Of a DNA stretch of 64,000 nt, positions 34,319 through 44,404 are shown in pieces. The translations under genes and the position numbers were made by a program. Numbering within the stretch: the first letter of the stretch is position 1; every line of letters begins with the position of its first letter. Under the pieces are notes generated by a model. It did no database searches, was not told where the DNA came from, and was given only the letters and a program-made list of their open reading frames with translations. Source of the DNA: Patescibacteria group bacterium (lineage in GTDB: Bacteria > Patescibacteriota > Patescibacteriia > JAHIZJ01); contig JAQTMH010000002.1 of the NCBI GenBank assembly GCA_028714495.1, forward strand, positions 75,471-139,470. The letters run 5' to 3'.

Positions 34319-35401
34319 ATGTCTTTTTTCCAAAACAACCAAAACGCCATCGGGCTTGATATTAGTGATTTAACCTTGCGCGCCGTCCAATTCAAGGGTC
34401 AGGGCCGAGGCCTGGCTTTTGAAGGATACGGTCAGATTGACGTTCCCCCGGGAATTATAAAAAATGGTGAAATTCTCGAGCCTAGAACCGTCTCTGATTT
34501 AATTAAAAGAATGATCTCCCGCCCGAGTTTTGGCCGTTTCTCTACTAAAAATGTCATAGCTTCTTTACCCGAACGTCGATCATTTATAAAAGCGCTGGAA
34601 ATACCCCAGATTGACAGCCAGCAGTTAGAGGTAACGATTCGTCAAGAAATGAGCCAGCATGTTCCTTTTTCGGCCGATGAAATATACCTCGACTGGCAAA
34701 TGTTTAAGTCTGGGGCCTCGGCCGATACGTCCAGGGTGCTAATTGGAGCAACTCCAAAGTCGATTGTTGACTCATACATCGCGGCCCTCGAGGACGCTGA
34801 CTTGAGGCCAGTCTCCTTGGTTATCGAATCAATGGCTATTGCCTACGCTCTCATCCCGCCAAACGCCGAAAAGAACACTTCGGCCATGATTTTGGACATC
34901 GGTCTCAACCGGACTAGTTTCCTGGTTTTTGACCAGGGGGCGGTTCGTTTCAGCGCCTCAAGCAAGGTAATCTCCGGGTCGGCAATGACTCGGCTGATTG
35001 CCCAAAAACTTAGTCTGAGTAACGATCAGGCTGAAGAGGCGAAAAGGCTGTGCGGACTTGATCCAACCCAGGGTAAAGCCGTCATTCCCAAAACTCTGAT
35101 GCCGGCGATTGACCAATTAGCCAAACAAATCGAGAAATTTTTACAATATTACAAGACCCATGTGCCTCAGGCCAACGAAATTTCTCAGATCATTCTGGCG
35201 GGTGGCGGAGCCAATTTGAAAAACCTGACCAAGGTATTAAGCGAGAAGCTTGGCCGAAAGGTTGTTCTCGGAAACCCTTGGTGCCAATTCGAGCATCTCC
35301 AAAAAACCAAAGTTATTCCCAGCCAGCAATATCTCTCACAACCAACCTCTTTCGGCCTCGGTCTGCTTGGACTGGCAAACCTTTCTCGAAAAAAGAAATG
35401 A
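34319..35401 (+). CDS. pilM: type IV pilus assembly protein PilM (actin-like ATPase)
   Basis: IGLDISDLTLRAVQFK N-terminus and ILAGGGANL are actin-fold motifs. Confidence 0.85.
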   Translation: MSFFQNNQNAIGLDISDLTLRAVQFKGQGRGLAFEGYGQIDVPPGIIKNGEILEPRTVSDLIKRMISRPSFGRFSTKNVIASLPERRSFIKALEIPQIDSQQLEVTIRQEMSQHVPFSADEIYLDWQMFKSGASADTSRVLIGATPKSIVDSYIAALEDADLRPVSLVIESMAIAYALIPPNAEKNTSAMILDIGLNRTSFLVFDQGAVRFSASSKVISGSAMTRLIAQKLSLSNDQAEEAKRLCGLDPTQGKAVIPKTLMPAIDQLAKQIEKFLQYYKTHVPQANEISQIILAGGGANLKNLTKVLSEKLGRKVVLGNPWCQFEHLQKTKVIPSQQYLSQPTSFGLGLLGLANLSRKKK

Positions 35402-35967
35402 TTGTATTAAACCTCTTACCACCAGATAAAAAAATCCTGCTTGCCTCGGAACACAATCTCCTCCAAATAAAAAGGGCGGCGATGATCTTTTTGGGCTGCG
35501 GACTATTGGTAGTTGGCCTGGCCTTAAGTTGTCGTATCCTCTTAAGCGGGGAGCTGAAAAAATTGGATGAGGAGATCAATCAAATAAAACAATTATCTGA
35601 AAATACAGGCAATACCGCTGGTGACCTGATTAAAAGAATTGCTTTGAAATCCAATGTCATAGCCGAAGCTCAAAAGAACTTCATTCCCTGGTCAAGCGTC
35701 CTGTCTCTCATCGGCCAGTCAGCCGGTCAAAATATTCAATTGAAAACCTGCTCTTTTGACGCTGAAAAGAAAACCTTTCAGATTCAAGGCCAGGCCAAAA
35801 CTCGAAATGACCTATTAAATTTCAAAACTTCGTTGGAAAAACTGACTTTTCTCGAAAACCTCAACGCTCCGATTACTAATTTGATTCAAAAGGAAGATAT
35901 CTCCTTTCAATTCTCGGGAACCCTTAATCCAGAAAATATTGCCAAACATGAAAATACAGGGTCATAA
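35398..35967 (+). CDS. pilN: PilN-like pilus assembly protein
   Basis: ATG at 35398 overlaps the pilM stop (ATGA). Single TM (IFLGCGLLVVGLAL) plus coiled coil. The track ORF 35278..35967 starts upstream, inside pilM. Confidence 0.65.
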   Translation: MIVLNLLPPDKKILLASEHNLLQIKRAAMIFLGCGLLVVGLALSCRILLSGELKKLDEEINQIKQLSENTGNTAGDLIKRIALKSNVIAEAQKNFIPWSSVLSLIGQSAGQNIQLKTCSFDAEKKTFQIQGQAKTRNDLLNFKTSLEKLTFLENLNAPITNLIQKEDISFQFSGTLNPENIAKHENTGS

Positions 35968-36505
35968 ATCAATCATAATCATCGGCGGCGCGCTTATTAT
36001 TATAGTGGGATTATTGGTTTTTGCCTTTTTGCCTCTTAATCGCACTATCGATGATCTCAAAACTCAGATCCTGGGCAAACGCATCGACTCAGCCCTACTT
36101 AAACAACAACAAAACACCGCCGCCCGTTCCCAAGACGAGGCCAGTTTAGTTGAAAAAGATGAAGAGCTTCGGGCCTATTTTATTCAAAAGAGTAAATTTT
36201 TGGAATTCATTTCACAAATTGAAGAGCTGGCAAAAAACAACAGCGTTAAGGAAGAAGTCACTCTGACCGAATTTCCAAATAACACCCAGGAGGTGTTTAC
36301 CCACCCGATCTCAGTTAGCTTTACCGGTGACTATAACAATATATTAAAACTGATGGCCGAGCTTGAATCGCTCAACTATTATCTGGATTTTGCCCAAATC
36401 ACTCTGAGCAATGCCGGAGATGGCGGCCTCAATGTCAATACCAACACTTCTAAACAAAGTCAGCTCCAGGTTTCCTTAACCGGCTTAACTTATTGGCAAA
36501 AATAA
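35939..36505 (+). CDS. pilO: PilO-like pilus assembly protein
   Basis: N-terminal TM (IIIIGGALIIIVGLLVFAF), coiled coil, 188 aa; follows pilN. Confidence 0.6.
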   Translation: MPNMKIQGHKSIIIIGGALIIIVGLLVFAFLPLNRTIDDLKTQILGKRIDSALLKQQQNTAARSQDEASLVEKDEELRAYFIQKSKFLEFISQIEELAKNNSVKEEVTLTEFPNNTQEVFTHPISVSFTGDYNNILKLMAELESLNYYLDFAQITLSNAGDGGLNVNTNTSKQSQLQVSLTGLTYWQK

Positions 36506-36514
36506 CCCACTAAG

Positions 36515-36805
36515 ATGAAACTTTTAAGCGAACCGTTAAAAAAATATATCATAAAAATCGTTTGGCTGACCAGTTTCCTTTTCGTGGCCTGGGTTATTTT
36601 TTCCTTTTACCAAACGATAAACGAGGCAATCCTGAATCCTCCGCCGATTGAGCAAAACCAAGTAAGCGAACGCCAGGGCAAGCTAAATACCAAGTTCCTG
36701 GAAGATATCAAGACTTTCCACGCCGCCAAAACGAAAAAAGTTCTTCCGGCTGAACTCGAGCGAGACCCTTTTGAACCCCTTGCCCTTGACATCCCAGCTG
36801 AATAA
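36515..36805 (+). CDS. small membrane-anchored protein, PilP-like (conserved DPFEP motif)
   Basis: 96 aa; TM helix then ...ELERDPFEPL. Confidence 0.45.
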   Translation: MKLLSEPLKKYIIKIVWLTSFLFVAWVIFSFYQTINEAILNPPPIEQNQVSERQGKLNTKFLEDIKTFHAAKTKKVLPAELERDPFEPLALDIPAE

Positions 36806-36851
36806 GTATAAACTTTTCTTTAGTAATTATTAAGCACAAGAAAATCCGTTT

Positions 36852-37133
36852 ATGGCCCATACAAAATCAGGTGGCTCAACTAATCTCGGCCGCGATTCCC
36901 AGAGTCAACGTCTAGGCGTAAAAATTTTTGGCGGCGAGCCCGCCCGCCGGGGTCAGGTTATTATCCGTCAACGCGGGACTAAATTTCACCCGGGCAAAAA
37001 CGTCAAAGTCGGCAAAGACGATACGCTGTTTGCGCTGGTTGATGGTGTGGTCGAGTTTATTCGAAAAAAACACCGCCGGTTTGATGGCAATCTCAAACCC
37101 GCGGTATTCGTCAACGTTGTGCCACAAAAATAA
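36852..37133 (+). CDS. rpmA: 50S ribosomal protein L27
   Basis: [29 protein letters not shown]...[24 protein letters not shown] is a canonical L27. Confidence 0.93.
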   Translation: MAHTKSGGSTNLGRDSQSQRLGVKIFGGEPARRGQVIIRQRGTKFHPGKNVKVGKDDTLFALVDGVVEFIRKKHRRFDGNLKPAVFVNVVPQK

Positions 37134-37147
37134 TTCAATCCATAAAA

Positions 37148-37183
37148 CCAAAACCCGCTAAACAGCGGGTTTTTTGTTTTTTG
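37148..37183. terminator. bidirectional intrinsic terminator AAACCCGC-taaaca-GCGGGTTTTTTGTTTTTT
   Basis: Sits between convergent rpmA (+) and pyrG (-). Confidence 0.65.
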
Positions 37184-37187
37184 AGAA

Positions 37188-38834
37188 TTACCTTTTTAAG
37201 TCGCGCCTCTGACTGCAGGCTTTCACAAAAGCCAGAAACAATGGATGAGGCCGTTCTGGCCGAGAAATATATTCAGGATGAAATTGGGTGCCGACAAAAA
37301 ACGGATGATCGGGTATTTCGATTGCTTCAACCAGCTTGCCGTCTGGAGAAGTTCCAGAGACAATTAAGCCCTTGTCTTCTAATCGCTTGCGGTAAGCCGC
37401 ATTAAATTCATAGCGGTGGCGATGGCGTTCCTGCACAGTCTTCGCTTTCTGGCCATAGGCTCTGGCCGTAACCGTGTTAGGAGTCAAGCGGCAGGGCCAA
37501 TTGCCCAGCCGAATCGTGCCGCCGTACTGCTTCTTAGCCAAGTATTTCTGCTGTTCAGGCATTATGTGAATTACCGGGTGGGGCGTCTTGGGATCAACTT
37601 CTATGGAATTAGCGCGATCCAGACCAACTACATGGCGGGCAAACTCAATAACCGCCATTTGCATGCCATAGCACAGACCAAAATAGGGAATTTTATTTTC
37701 ACGGCAGAAGCGTATAGCCTTAATTTTACCCTCTGAACCGCGGTTTCCCCAACCTTGAGGTACGATGATGCCGTTCAGGTCTTTCAAACCGCTGACCGCT
37801 GATGGATTTTTCTCGAATTCCTCTGAATTGATCCACTTGAGATCTGGTTTAAATCCTAAATGCCAAACCGCGTGTTTTATCGCTTCAATCACGGAAATAT
37901 ACGAGTCAGCCAGCGTGAAATTACCAGTAGCAAAGTATTTTCCCACAATACCGATCTTGATCGGCTGTCTGACCGTTTTGATTTCCTTAACCAGATTAAG
38001 CCAGAATTTTATTTGCTTCTGCCTGGGTCGGAGACCGAAGTGGCTTAGAATTTTATCCGTCAATTTTTCTTTTTCGAAATTAAGCGGCACTTCATAAATA
38101 CTGTCCACGTCAACAGCTGACAATACGCTGCCGGCTGACATATTGCAGAAAATCCCCAGCTTTTCCCGACGGGGCTTGTCCATCGGCTTTTCCGAACGGC
38201 ACAGAAGAAAATCTGGCTGGATCCCGGCTGAGTTTAAAGTTCGAACAGCGTATTGGGTGGGTTTGGTTTTCATTTCTCCAATTTTCGAGGGAATCGGCAG
38301 ATAGCTTACTAAAACAAAGGCTACGTCTTTGGGCTGGCTTAAGCGCATCATCCTGGCCGCCTCGAGAAAGAGTAAATTTTGATACTCCCCAACCGTGCCA
38401 CCAATTTCGACTAAGACAAAATCGGACTTGGTTTTAGCACCAGCTAACTTTATCCGCCTGATTACCTCCTCAGGAATATGCGGCACCACTTCAACGCACC
38501 GGCCGCTGTATTCTAAATTCCGTTCTTTCTGGATAACCGAGAGGTAAACCGCGCCGGTGGTCATATAATTGTCCCGGGTCATATCAGTATTCAAAAAACG
38601 CTCATAGTTGCCGATGTCTTGATCGGTTTCCAGGCCGTCTTTGGTGACAAAAACCTCTCCATGCTCGGTGGGATTCATTGTCCCGGCGTCAACGTTCACA
38701 TAGGGATCAATCTTCATGGCCGTGACCTTGAACCCACGGCTTTTTAACAGCATCGCGATTGAGGAAACGGCTATCCCCTTGCCTAAGCCGGAAAGGACGC
38801 CGCCCATGACAAAAATGTACTTTCTATTTTTCAT
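37188..38834 (-). CDS. pyrG: CTP synthase
   Basis: IFVMGGVLSGLGKGIAVSS N-terminus; C-terminal glutamine amidotransferase domain (GLCYGMQ, HRHRYEFN). Confidence 0.95.
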   Translation of the reverse strand: MKNRKYIFVMGGVLSGLGKGIAVSSIAMLLKSRGFKVTAMKIDPYVNVDAGTMNPTEHGEVFVTKDGLETDQDIGNYERFLNTDMTRDNYMTTGAVYLSVIQKERNLEYSGRCVEVVPHIPEEVIRRIKLAGAKTKSDFVLVEIGGTVGEYQNLLFLEAARMMRLSQPKDVAFVLVSYLPIPSKIGEMKTKPTQYAVRTLNSAGIQPDFLLCRSEKPMDKPRREKLGIFCNMSAGSVLSAVDVDSIYEVPLNFEKEKLTDKILSHFGLRPRQKQIKFWLNLVKEIKTVRQPIKIGIVGKYFATGNFTLADSYISVIEAIKHAVWHLGFKPDLKWINSEEFEKNPSAVSGLKDLNGIIVPQGWGNRGSEGKIKAIRFCRENKIPYFGLCYGMQMAVIEFARHVVGLDRANSIEVDPKTPHPVIHIMPEQQKYLAKKQYGGTIRLGNWPCRLTPNTVTARAYGQKAKTVQERHRHRYEFNAAYRKRLEDKGLIVSGTSPDGKLVEAIEIPDHPFFVGTQFHPEYISRPERPHPLFLAFVKACSQRRDLKR

Positions 38835-39276
38835 GGCTTGGTTCTATTTTGAGAGTTATTAAACGAGTCTGCTCGGCCAGCTTAATCGTAACTTTCTGCT
38901 CGCCGACTTCCTTGATCGGTTTTTCTAGCATAATCGCATCAGTGGGAACCAAAATACCCTTTTGTTCACGCAAAGCCCGGGCGATTGCCTTCCGGTCGAC
39001 TCCGGCGAAAAGCCTGCCCTCAGGCGTCGCCTTGGCGAGAATTGAAAGCTGAACCTCAGCCAACGCTGCTAAAACCTTCTGAAAATTATCTTCGAGCTTT
39101 TGCTTCTTCAATTTCCTCTTTTTCTTTAAGTCCTCGACCTTCTTCAAGTTTGTTTCAGTCACTGGCAATATTAACCCTTTGGGAATGAGAAAATTGCGGG
39201 CAAAACCGTCCGAGACATTTTTAACATCGCCGGCCTGACCGAGATTAGGCACTGTTTGACGCAAAATTACTTTCAC
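38824..39276 (-). CDS. rplI: 50S ribosomal protein L9
   Basis: MKVILRQTVPNLGQAGDVKNVSDGFARNFLIPKG. Confidence 0.92.
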   Translation of the reverse strand: MKVILRQTVPNLGQAGDVKNVSDGFARNFLIPKGLILPVTETNLKKVEDLKKKRKLKKQKLEDNFQKVLAALAEVQLSILAKATPEGRLFAGVDRKAIARALREQKGILVPTDAIMLEKPIKEVGEQKVTIKLAEQTRLITLKIEPSHEK

Positions 39277-39290
39277 GGTTTCTTTGATAA

Positions 39291-39566
39291 TTAATCCTTA
39301 ATCACAAAATCGCTGTACTCACCGGTCGCCTCCGACCAATTTTCTGTCATCCGGTCAATTTGGGCGTGGCCGGGACGAGAATTTAACCAAGTCATGAACT
39401 TCTCTAATACTTCTTTTTCTCCCTCAGCCTCAATTTCGACCGTTCCGTCGTTCTGATTTGTCACGCAACCGGTTAAACTAAGCACCATGGCTTGTACCTT
39501 GACCATCGAGCGAAGATTAATGCCTTGGACTTCACCAAAGACTTTTAGGGAAAGTCTTTGTTTCAT
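39291..39566 (-). CDS. acyP: acylphosphatase
   Basis: VFGEVQGINLRSMVKVQA (VxGxVQGVxFR motif); 91 aa. Confidence 0.85.
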   Translation of the reverse strand: MKQRLSLKVFGEVQGINLRSMVKVQAMVLSLTGCVTNQNDGTVEIEAEGEKEVLEKFMTWLNSRPGHAQIDRMTENWSEATGEYSDFVIKD

Positions 39567-40822
39567 GGAGTTTGGGTTAGCTGTTTAATCGCGGCTTCAA
39601 GCTGAGGATCGACTCCCGCTTGATACTGTTCCAGGGTATACTTAACCGCAACGTCAGGCGTGATACCCTTCTTATCGATTGATCGGCCGGAGGGCGTTAA
39701 CCATTCGGCTACGCTTACCTTCAAACTTGAACCGTCGTCAAACTCAGTATAATCCTGAACCGTTCCTTTGCCAAATGTGGTTTCACCGACTAGGGTCGCC
39801 AAATGGTAATCTTGCAATGCTCCAGCTAGAATCTCGGCGGCTGAAGCCGTTCCCGGATTAACCAGAATCACGGTTGGCACGCTCTTTAAACGACTGGTTC
39901 CATCGGAAAAATGCTCCTGGCGCCGGTCGCCGCTCATCTTCTCTGTTACCACTAGGTCATCTTCGATAAATTCGCCGGCCACTTTCACGGCCACATCTAA
40001 ATAACCGCCCGGGTTGTTGCGTAAATCAAGAATCAAGCCCTTGGGCTCTTCTAAGAGGATCTCAGTTATGGCCTTGTTAAATTGGGTAACCGTGTCATTA
40101 CTAAAGCTGGTGATAGCGACGTAGGCAAGCTTCGAATCAAGCATTTTCCAGCTGACACTTTCGGTAGTAATAGTGTCTCGGGCAATCGAGATGGCGACTG
40201 GTTCTGACTCGCCTTCATGAACTATTAAAAGCGTCACCCGGGTTCCTTTTTCTCCCCGGATCAACTGGATTGCTTGATCAACGGTTAAATTATAGGCATC
40301 CGTTTCATCAATCTTTATAATTTGGTCGCCAGCTTTCAAGCCCGCTTCCTCCGACGGTGAGCCAGGCATCGGAGAAATCACCACAAGTTTCTCGTCTTTA
40401 ATCCCGATCTCCGCGCCAATGCCCTCAAACTGCCCGCTTATTTCGACATCAAACTCTTTGGCTTCCTGCGGGTCAAAATATACGGAATATGGGTCGTCCA
40501 ACGAGGCCACTAAACCTTTTAAGGCGCCATAAAAAGCCGTCGTCTCATCAATTGGCTGGTGCACGTACTCATTTCCCAGGTATTGCCAAACCTCCCAAAA
40601 CTGGTTGAAGTCAATATTCTTGTCTTTGACGTACTGCGGCGCTCTTTCGACAATCTGTGATAGAATCTCCGAACTGGAAAAGGTGCCCGGCCGGGCCAGC
40701 CCAACAAAGTAACCTACAAAAAACACCAACACTAACAACGAAAAAATAATATAACCAAAAAGAAATTTAAAAAAGAACGGCGTTTTATTTGTTGAGGGTG
40801 TCAGTTTATTTCGTACGTCCAT
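39563..40822 (-). CDS. ctpA: C-terminal processing peptidase (S41 family) with PDZ domain
   Basis: N-terminal TM; PDZ domain (GDQIIKIDE); TFGKGTVQ catalytic Ser/Lys region. Confidence 0.88.
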   Translation of the reverse strand: MDVRNKLTPSTNKTPFFFKFLFGYIIFSLLVLVFFVGYFVGLARPGTFSSSEILSQIVERAPQYVKDKNIDFNQFWEVWQYLGNEYVHQPIDETTAFYGALKGLVASLDDPYSVYFDPQEAKEFDVEISGQFEGIGAEIGIKDEKLVVISPMPGSPSEEAGLKAGDQIIKIDETDAYNLTVDQAIQLIRGEKGTRVTLLIVHEGESEPVAISIARDTITTESVSWKMLDSKLAYVAITSFSNDTVTQFNKAITEILLEEPKGLILDLRNNPGGYLDVAVKVAGEFIEDDLVVTEKMSGDRRQEHFSDGTSRLKSVPTVILVNPGTASAAEILAGALQDYHLATLVGETTFGKGTVQDYTEFDDGSSLKVSVAEWLTPSGRSIDKKGITPDVAVKYTLEQYQAGVDPQLEAAIKQLTQTP

Positions 40823-42081
40823 TATTGTTTCAATCTAGTGATCTTGGCTCCGAGGGAACGTAACCTCTCGTCAATGGCTTCATAACCCCGGTCTATCTGG
40901 TAAATATTATCAATCTCACTTTTGCCGCTGGAGATCAGGGCGGCAATAACCAGGGCGATACCGGCTCGAATATCCGGGCTCTCAAATTTTCCACCAACTA
41001 ATTTAGTCGGCCCCAGCACTACCACGCGATGAGGATCACACATAATTATCTTGGCGCCCATCTTATTGAGCTTATCAATATAAAACAGGCGGCCTTCGTA
41101 AATCGTCTCATGGATCAAGCTTAACCCCTTAGCCTGGGTCATCATTACCGTAAAAGGCGCCTGCAGATCAGTGACAAAGCCTGGATATTCGTGGGTCACC
41201 AAATTCGTGGCAATTAAATCCGGCGAATGCCAAACCTTGACCTGGTCTCGGCTTAATTCGAATTTAACGCCGGCCTGACCCAGAATTTTCCAAGGAACCT
41301 CGAGATGGGCTGGATCGCAGTCGCGAATCACGATTTCTCGACCGGCCAGAGCGCCCAAGATCGCGAAGGTGCCGGTTTCGATTCGATCAGGCATAATTTT
41401 TATGTCACCTCCGGTCAGCGATTTGACTCCCTCGATAGTAATAGTGTGGGTGCCGGCGCCTTTTATTTTTGCCCCGCGGCTGTTTAAGTAATTAGCTAAT
41501 TCCTCAACCTCGGGCTCACAGACGGCGAATATTAATCTGGTCGTACCTTTGGCCAAAGTAGCGGCTGACATCAGAGTTTCAGTGGCCGTAACGCTCATTC
41601 TGGGAAAAACAAATGTATTGCCTGAAAGTCTTTTGGTCCGGAAAAGGTAGCCTTCGGAATCTTCGGTTATTTCTACACCCAGCGCCTTAAAGCCGTCAAG
41701 AAATATGTCGATCGGCCGCTGTCCGATCACGCAGCCGCCCGGATGGGGAAATTTGACTTCGCCAAAACGCGCCAGGATTGGTCCCAATAAAACCACCGAG
41801 GCGCGTAATTTTCTGACTAGCTCTGGTTTTAATACTGGCTTATCAATCCGGCTGGTATCTATCTGATAGGTATGGCTGTCTATTTGCTCCACGGCCGCGC
41901 CTAAGTCTCTCAGTATCTCAAGCATCACCCGAATATCGGCAATATCCGGCACATTCTCAATCCGGCAGGAACCCTCTGACAGCAGGGTGCTGGCTAAAAT
42001 TTTCAGGGCTGAATTTTTCGCCCCGTTGACCCGGATTTCTCCCTCGAGTAGATTACCGGGTTCAATGATGAATCTTTCCAT
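40822..42081 (-). CDS. murA: UDP-N-acetylglucosamine 1-carboxyvinyltransferase
   Basis: RVNGAKNSALKILAS N-terminus; active-site Cys region (HPGGCVIGQRPIDI). Confidence 0.92.
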   Translation of the reverse strand: MERFIIEPGNLLEGEIRVNGAKNSALKILASTLLSEGSCRIENVPDIADIRVMLEILRDLGAAVEQIDSHTYQIDTSRIDKPVLKPELVRKLRASVVLLGPILARFGEVKFPHPGGCVIGQRPIDIFLDGFKALGVEITEDSEGYLFRTKRLSGNTFVFPRMSVTATETLMSAATLAKGTTRLIFAVCEPEVEELANYLNSRGAKIKGAGTHTITIEGVKSLTGGDIKIMPDRIETGTFAILGALAGREIVIRDCDPAHLEVPWKILGQAGVKFELSRDQVKVWHSPDLIATNLVTHEYPGFVTDLQAPFTVMMTQAKGLSLIHETIYEGRLFYIDKLNKMGAKIIMCDPHRVVVLGPTKLVGGKFESPDIRAGIALVIAALISSGKSEIDNIYQIDRGYEAIDERLRSLGAKITRLKQ

Positions 42082-42103
42082 TGGCTTTTGGCTACCCTAA
42101 CTT

Positions 42104-43495
42104 GTGTGTTATTATAAAAACAAGTTTACTCCTCCTATTTTACCCAGTAATCCAAAAAACGTCAAAATGACCCGTCGAACGCGCCGGATTCTCTATCTTT
42201 CTTTCATTCTGATGTTCTTTATATTGGCTCCGATTCTGGTGCTCTACTCTTCTGGCTACCGTTTTGACTGGTCCAGAAAACAGCTTCTGAAGACAGCCTT
42301 ACTCCGTCTCAACACTGAGCCCGGGGGCGCCACAGTCTATGTCAATGGTCAGCCTCAAAAGAATAAAACCCCCACCGCCATAAACAATCTTTTGCCTGGT
42401 ACCTACGATATCCGGGTTGAAAAGGACGGCTATCTTCCCTGGCAAAATTCCATCAGTCTAAAATCTAAAACTGTCGAATTTCTGACCGATATCACTTTAT
42501 TCCGAGACACCTCGCCTGAACTTGTCCTGGATAAAACGATTGGCAAATTGACGGCCCTGCCGGATTCTAACGAAGCGCTCTTTGTGACGCCCATTGAAAA
42601 CGGTTTTGAACTTAACAAGCTCAACCTGGCAAACCAGAAAGAAACGAATATGCTAACACGGCCGACTGAAATAAATATTGAAACAGAGGCCGTAAACAAC
42701 CACTTAATTATTTCTTCCCTTGCCAACGGCCTTCCGGTTTATGAAGACATGGACATCACCGTGCCGGAGAAAGCCACGGCAATAAATTGGGCCCCGAAAG
42801 ACATTTCAAAGCTCCAGTGGCTGGACAATAAAAGCTTCTTCGGGATTGCCGAGGGAGTCCTGTGCCAGATTTTTCTGGAAAAACCTGAATTTAATTGCGC
42901 TGGCCCAGCCGTGACCGAGTTTTTACTGCAGGATAAATATGTTTACTATCTTTCCTCCGATATTGAATCTACCCTGCTCTACCGAGCGCCAATTAATAAT
43001 CTCGAGGGGGAGCTGATTGTCCGGCTGCCAAAATCCGAAGACTACCGCTTTATCCCAAAATCAGAACCATTGGTGGTTTTTATCGACGGCCAGACCGAAG
43101 ACCTTGTCCTGATTGATCCGGAGAACACCCCCGGGAAGATAACCACCATACCCAGGACAGCCAAAGATGCTTTTTGGCATGAGGCGGGGGAACAATTGGT
43201 ATATTATAACGATTTTGAGATTTGGCGCTGGAATATTGAAACCGATGAACGAACGCTTCTGACGCGCTTAAGCGAGCCGATCCAATGGGCCAATCGCTAT
43301 GGCTGGTTTGATTACGTGATTTTTTCCCAGGAAAAAAACATTCAAGCCCTTGAGCTTGAAAGTCACACTCCATCCCGAACCACCACCTCCCTGGTCAATA
43401 ATGCCACGGGTCACTTTATCCTTGACCGTGAAAGTAAAAACCTTTTTTATATCGGCAGTAACGGGGATAGACTCTGGAAACGCCCCTTGCGTTAA
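42104..43495 (+). CDS. membrane-anchored PEGA-domain protein, hypothetical
   Basis: TM near the N-terminus, then a PEGA domain (TEPGGATVYVNGQPQ...GTYDIRVEKDGYLPW). The true start is probably the internal Met at 42167, which leaves an 85-bp divergent promoter region with murA. Confidence 0.6.
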   Translation: MCYYKNKFTPPILPSNPKNVKMTRRTRRILYLSFILMFFILAPILVLYSSGYRFDWSRKQLLKTALLRLNTEPGGATVYVNGQPQKNKTPTAINNLLPGTYDIRVEKDGYLPWQNSISLKSKTVEFLTDITLFRDTSPELVLDKTIGKLTALPDSNEALFVTPIENGFELNKLNLANQKETNMLTRPTEINIETEAVNNHLIISSLANGLPVYEDMDITVPEKATAINWAPKDISKLQWLDNKSFFGIAEGVLCQIFLEKPEFNCAGPAVTEFLLQDKYVYYLSSDIESTLLYRAPINNLEGELIVRLPKSEDYRFIPKSEPLVVFIDGQTEDLVLIDPENTPGKITTIPRTAKDAFWHEAGEQLVYYNDFEIWRWNIETDERTLLTRLSEPIQWANRYGWFDYVIFSQEKNIQALELESHTPSRTTTSLVNNATGHFILDRESKNLFYIGSNGDRLWKRPLR

Positions 43496-44316
43496 ACCTT
43501 TTTACTCTTGAGATAATCAGCCAAAGCCTCGGTCCAAGGTCTGAGGGGTTTGAATTTGGTGTTAAGCAGCGATGAATTGGCTGGCCGCTTAGCGGCGGTT
43601 TTGTATTCTTTTGAACTGATGGCTTTCAGTTTGACCGGCATATCAGCAAGTTCAAATATCTTTTTGGCAAATTCATACCAGCTGACAGTTCCCTCGTTAA
43701 CCAAATGGTAGATACCATAATCAGGCTGCGTGTCAATCAGCACGGCGATGGCTCTGGCCAAATCAAAGGTGTAGGTCGGCCTGATAAATTGATCACTGAC
43801 TATCTTGATTTCACCGCCAGCTTTGCCTTTCTCAAGCATGGTATCCACGAAATTCTTGCCGTTCGGTCCGTAAAGTCCCTGGGTGCGGACGAGAAAATAT
43901 GCTTCGGTGATTTTACGGAGTTTTTTTTCGCCTTCAGCTTTCGTCTTGCCGTAGGTGTTTATCGGCTTGGGCGGATCATCTTCCCTATAACCATCAGTGG
44001 TCTGGCCATCGAAGACGTAATCAGTGCTGATATGAATCAACGGGGTATTCAACTGTTCACAGCCCTCGGCTAAAATCGCCACCCCATCGGCATTTACGGC
44101 CTTGGCTTCTTTCTTATGTTTTTCCGCGCCGTCAACATCAGTAAAGGCGGCGACATTAATTACCACTTCGGGATTCTCAGCCACCATTTTGTCGATAATT
44201 GTCTCGTCCGTGATATTATACTCAGGCAAATCCCAAAGAACAAGCTGGTGGCCCTTAAGAACCTCTTTCAGGGCCGTACCAAGCATTCCCTTGTGGCCGA
44301 TAATGAGTAATTTCAT
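43492..44316 (-). CDS. rfbD: dTDP-4-dehydrorhamnose reductase
   Basis: MKLLIIGHKGMLGTAL Rossmann N-terminus; RmlD family; 274 aa. Confidence 0.85.
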   Translation of the reverse strand: MKLLIIGHKGMLGTALKEVLKGHQLVLWDLPEYNITDETIIDKMVAENPEVVINVAAFTDVDGAEKHKKEAKAVNADGVAILAEGCEQLNTPLIHISTDYVFDGQTTDGYREDDPPKPINTYGKTKAEGEKKLRKITEAYFLVRTQGLYGPNGKNFVDTMLEKGKAGGEIKIVSDQFIRPTYTFDLARAIAVLIDTQPDYGIYHLVNEGTVSWYEFAKKIFELADMPVKLKAISSKEYKTAAKRPANSSLLNTKFKPLRPWTEALADYLKSKKV

Positions 44317-44404
44317 TTTTTTATAACTTAATTGGATAATTACACCTTTCTGGCTGCTTTATCTTACCTGGTATTTTTTCCTGTGTAAAGAATTATTTGC
44401 AGAC

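Noticed and set aside
42104-42166. PEGA protein start at 42104, leaving only 22 bp between divergent murA and this gene
   Set aside because: Too short to hold two promoters. The internal Met at 42167 (MTRRTRRILYLSF..., a positive-inside signal anchor) is the likelier start. I kept the track coordinates but flag this.
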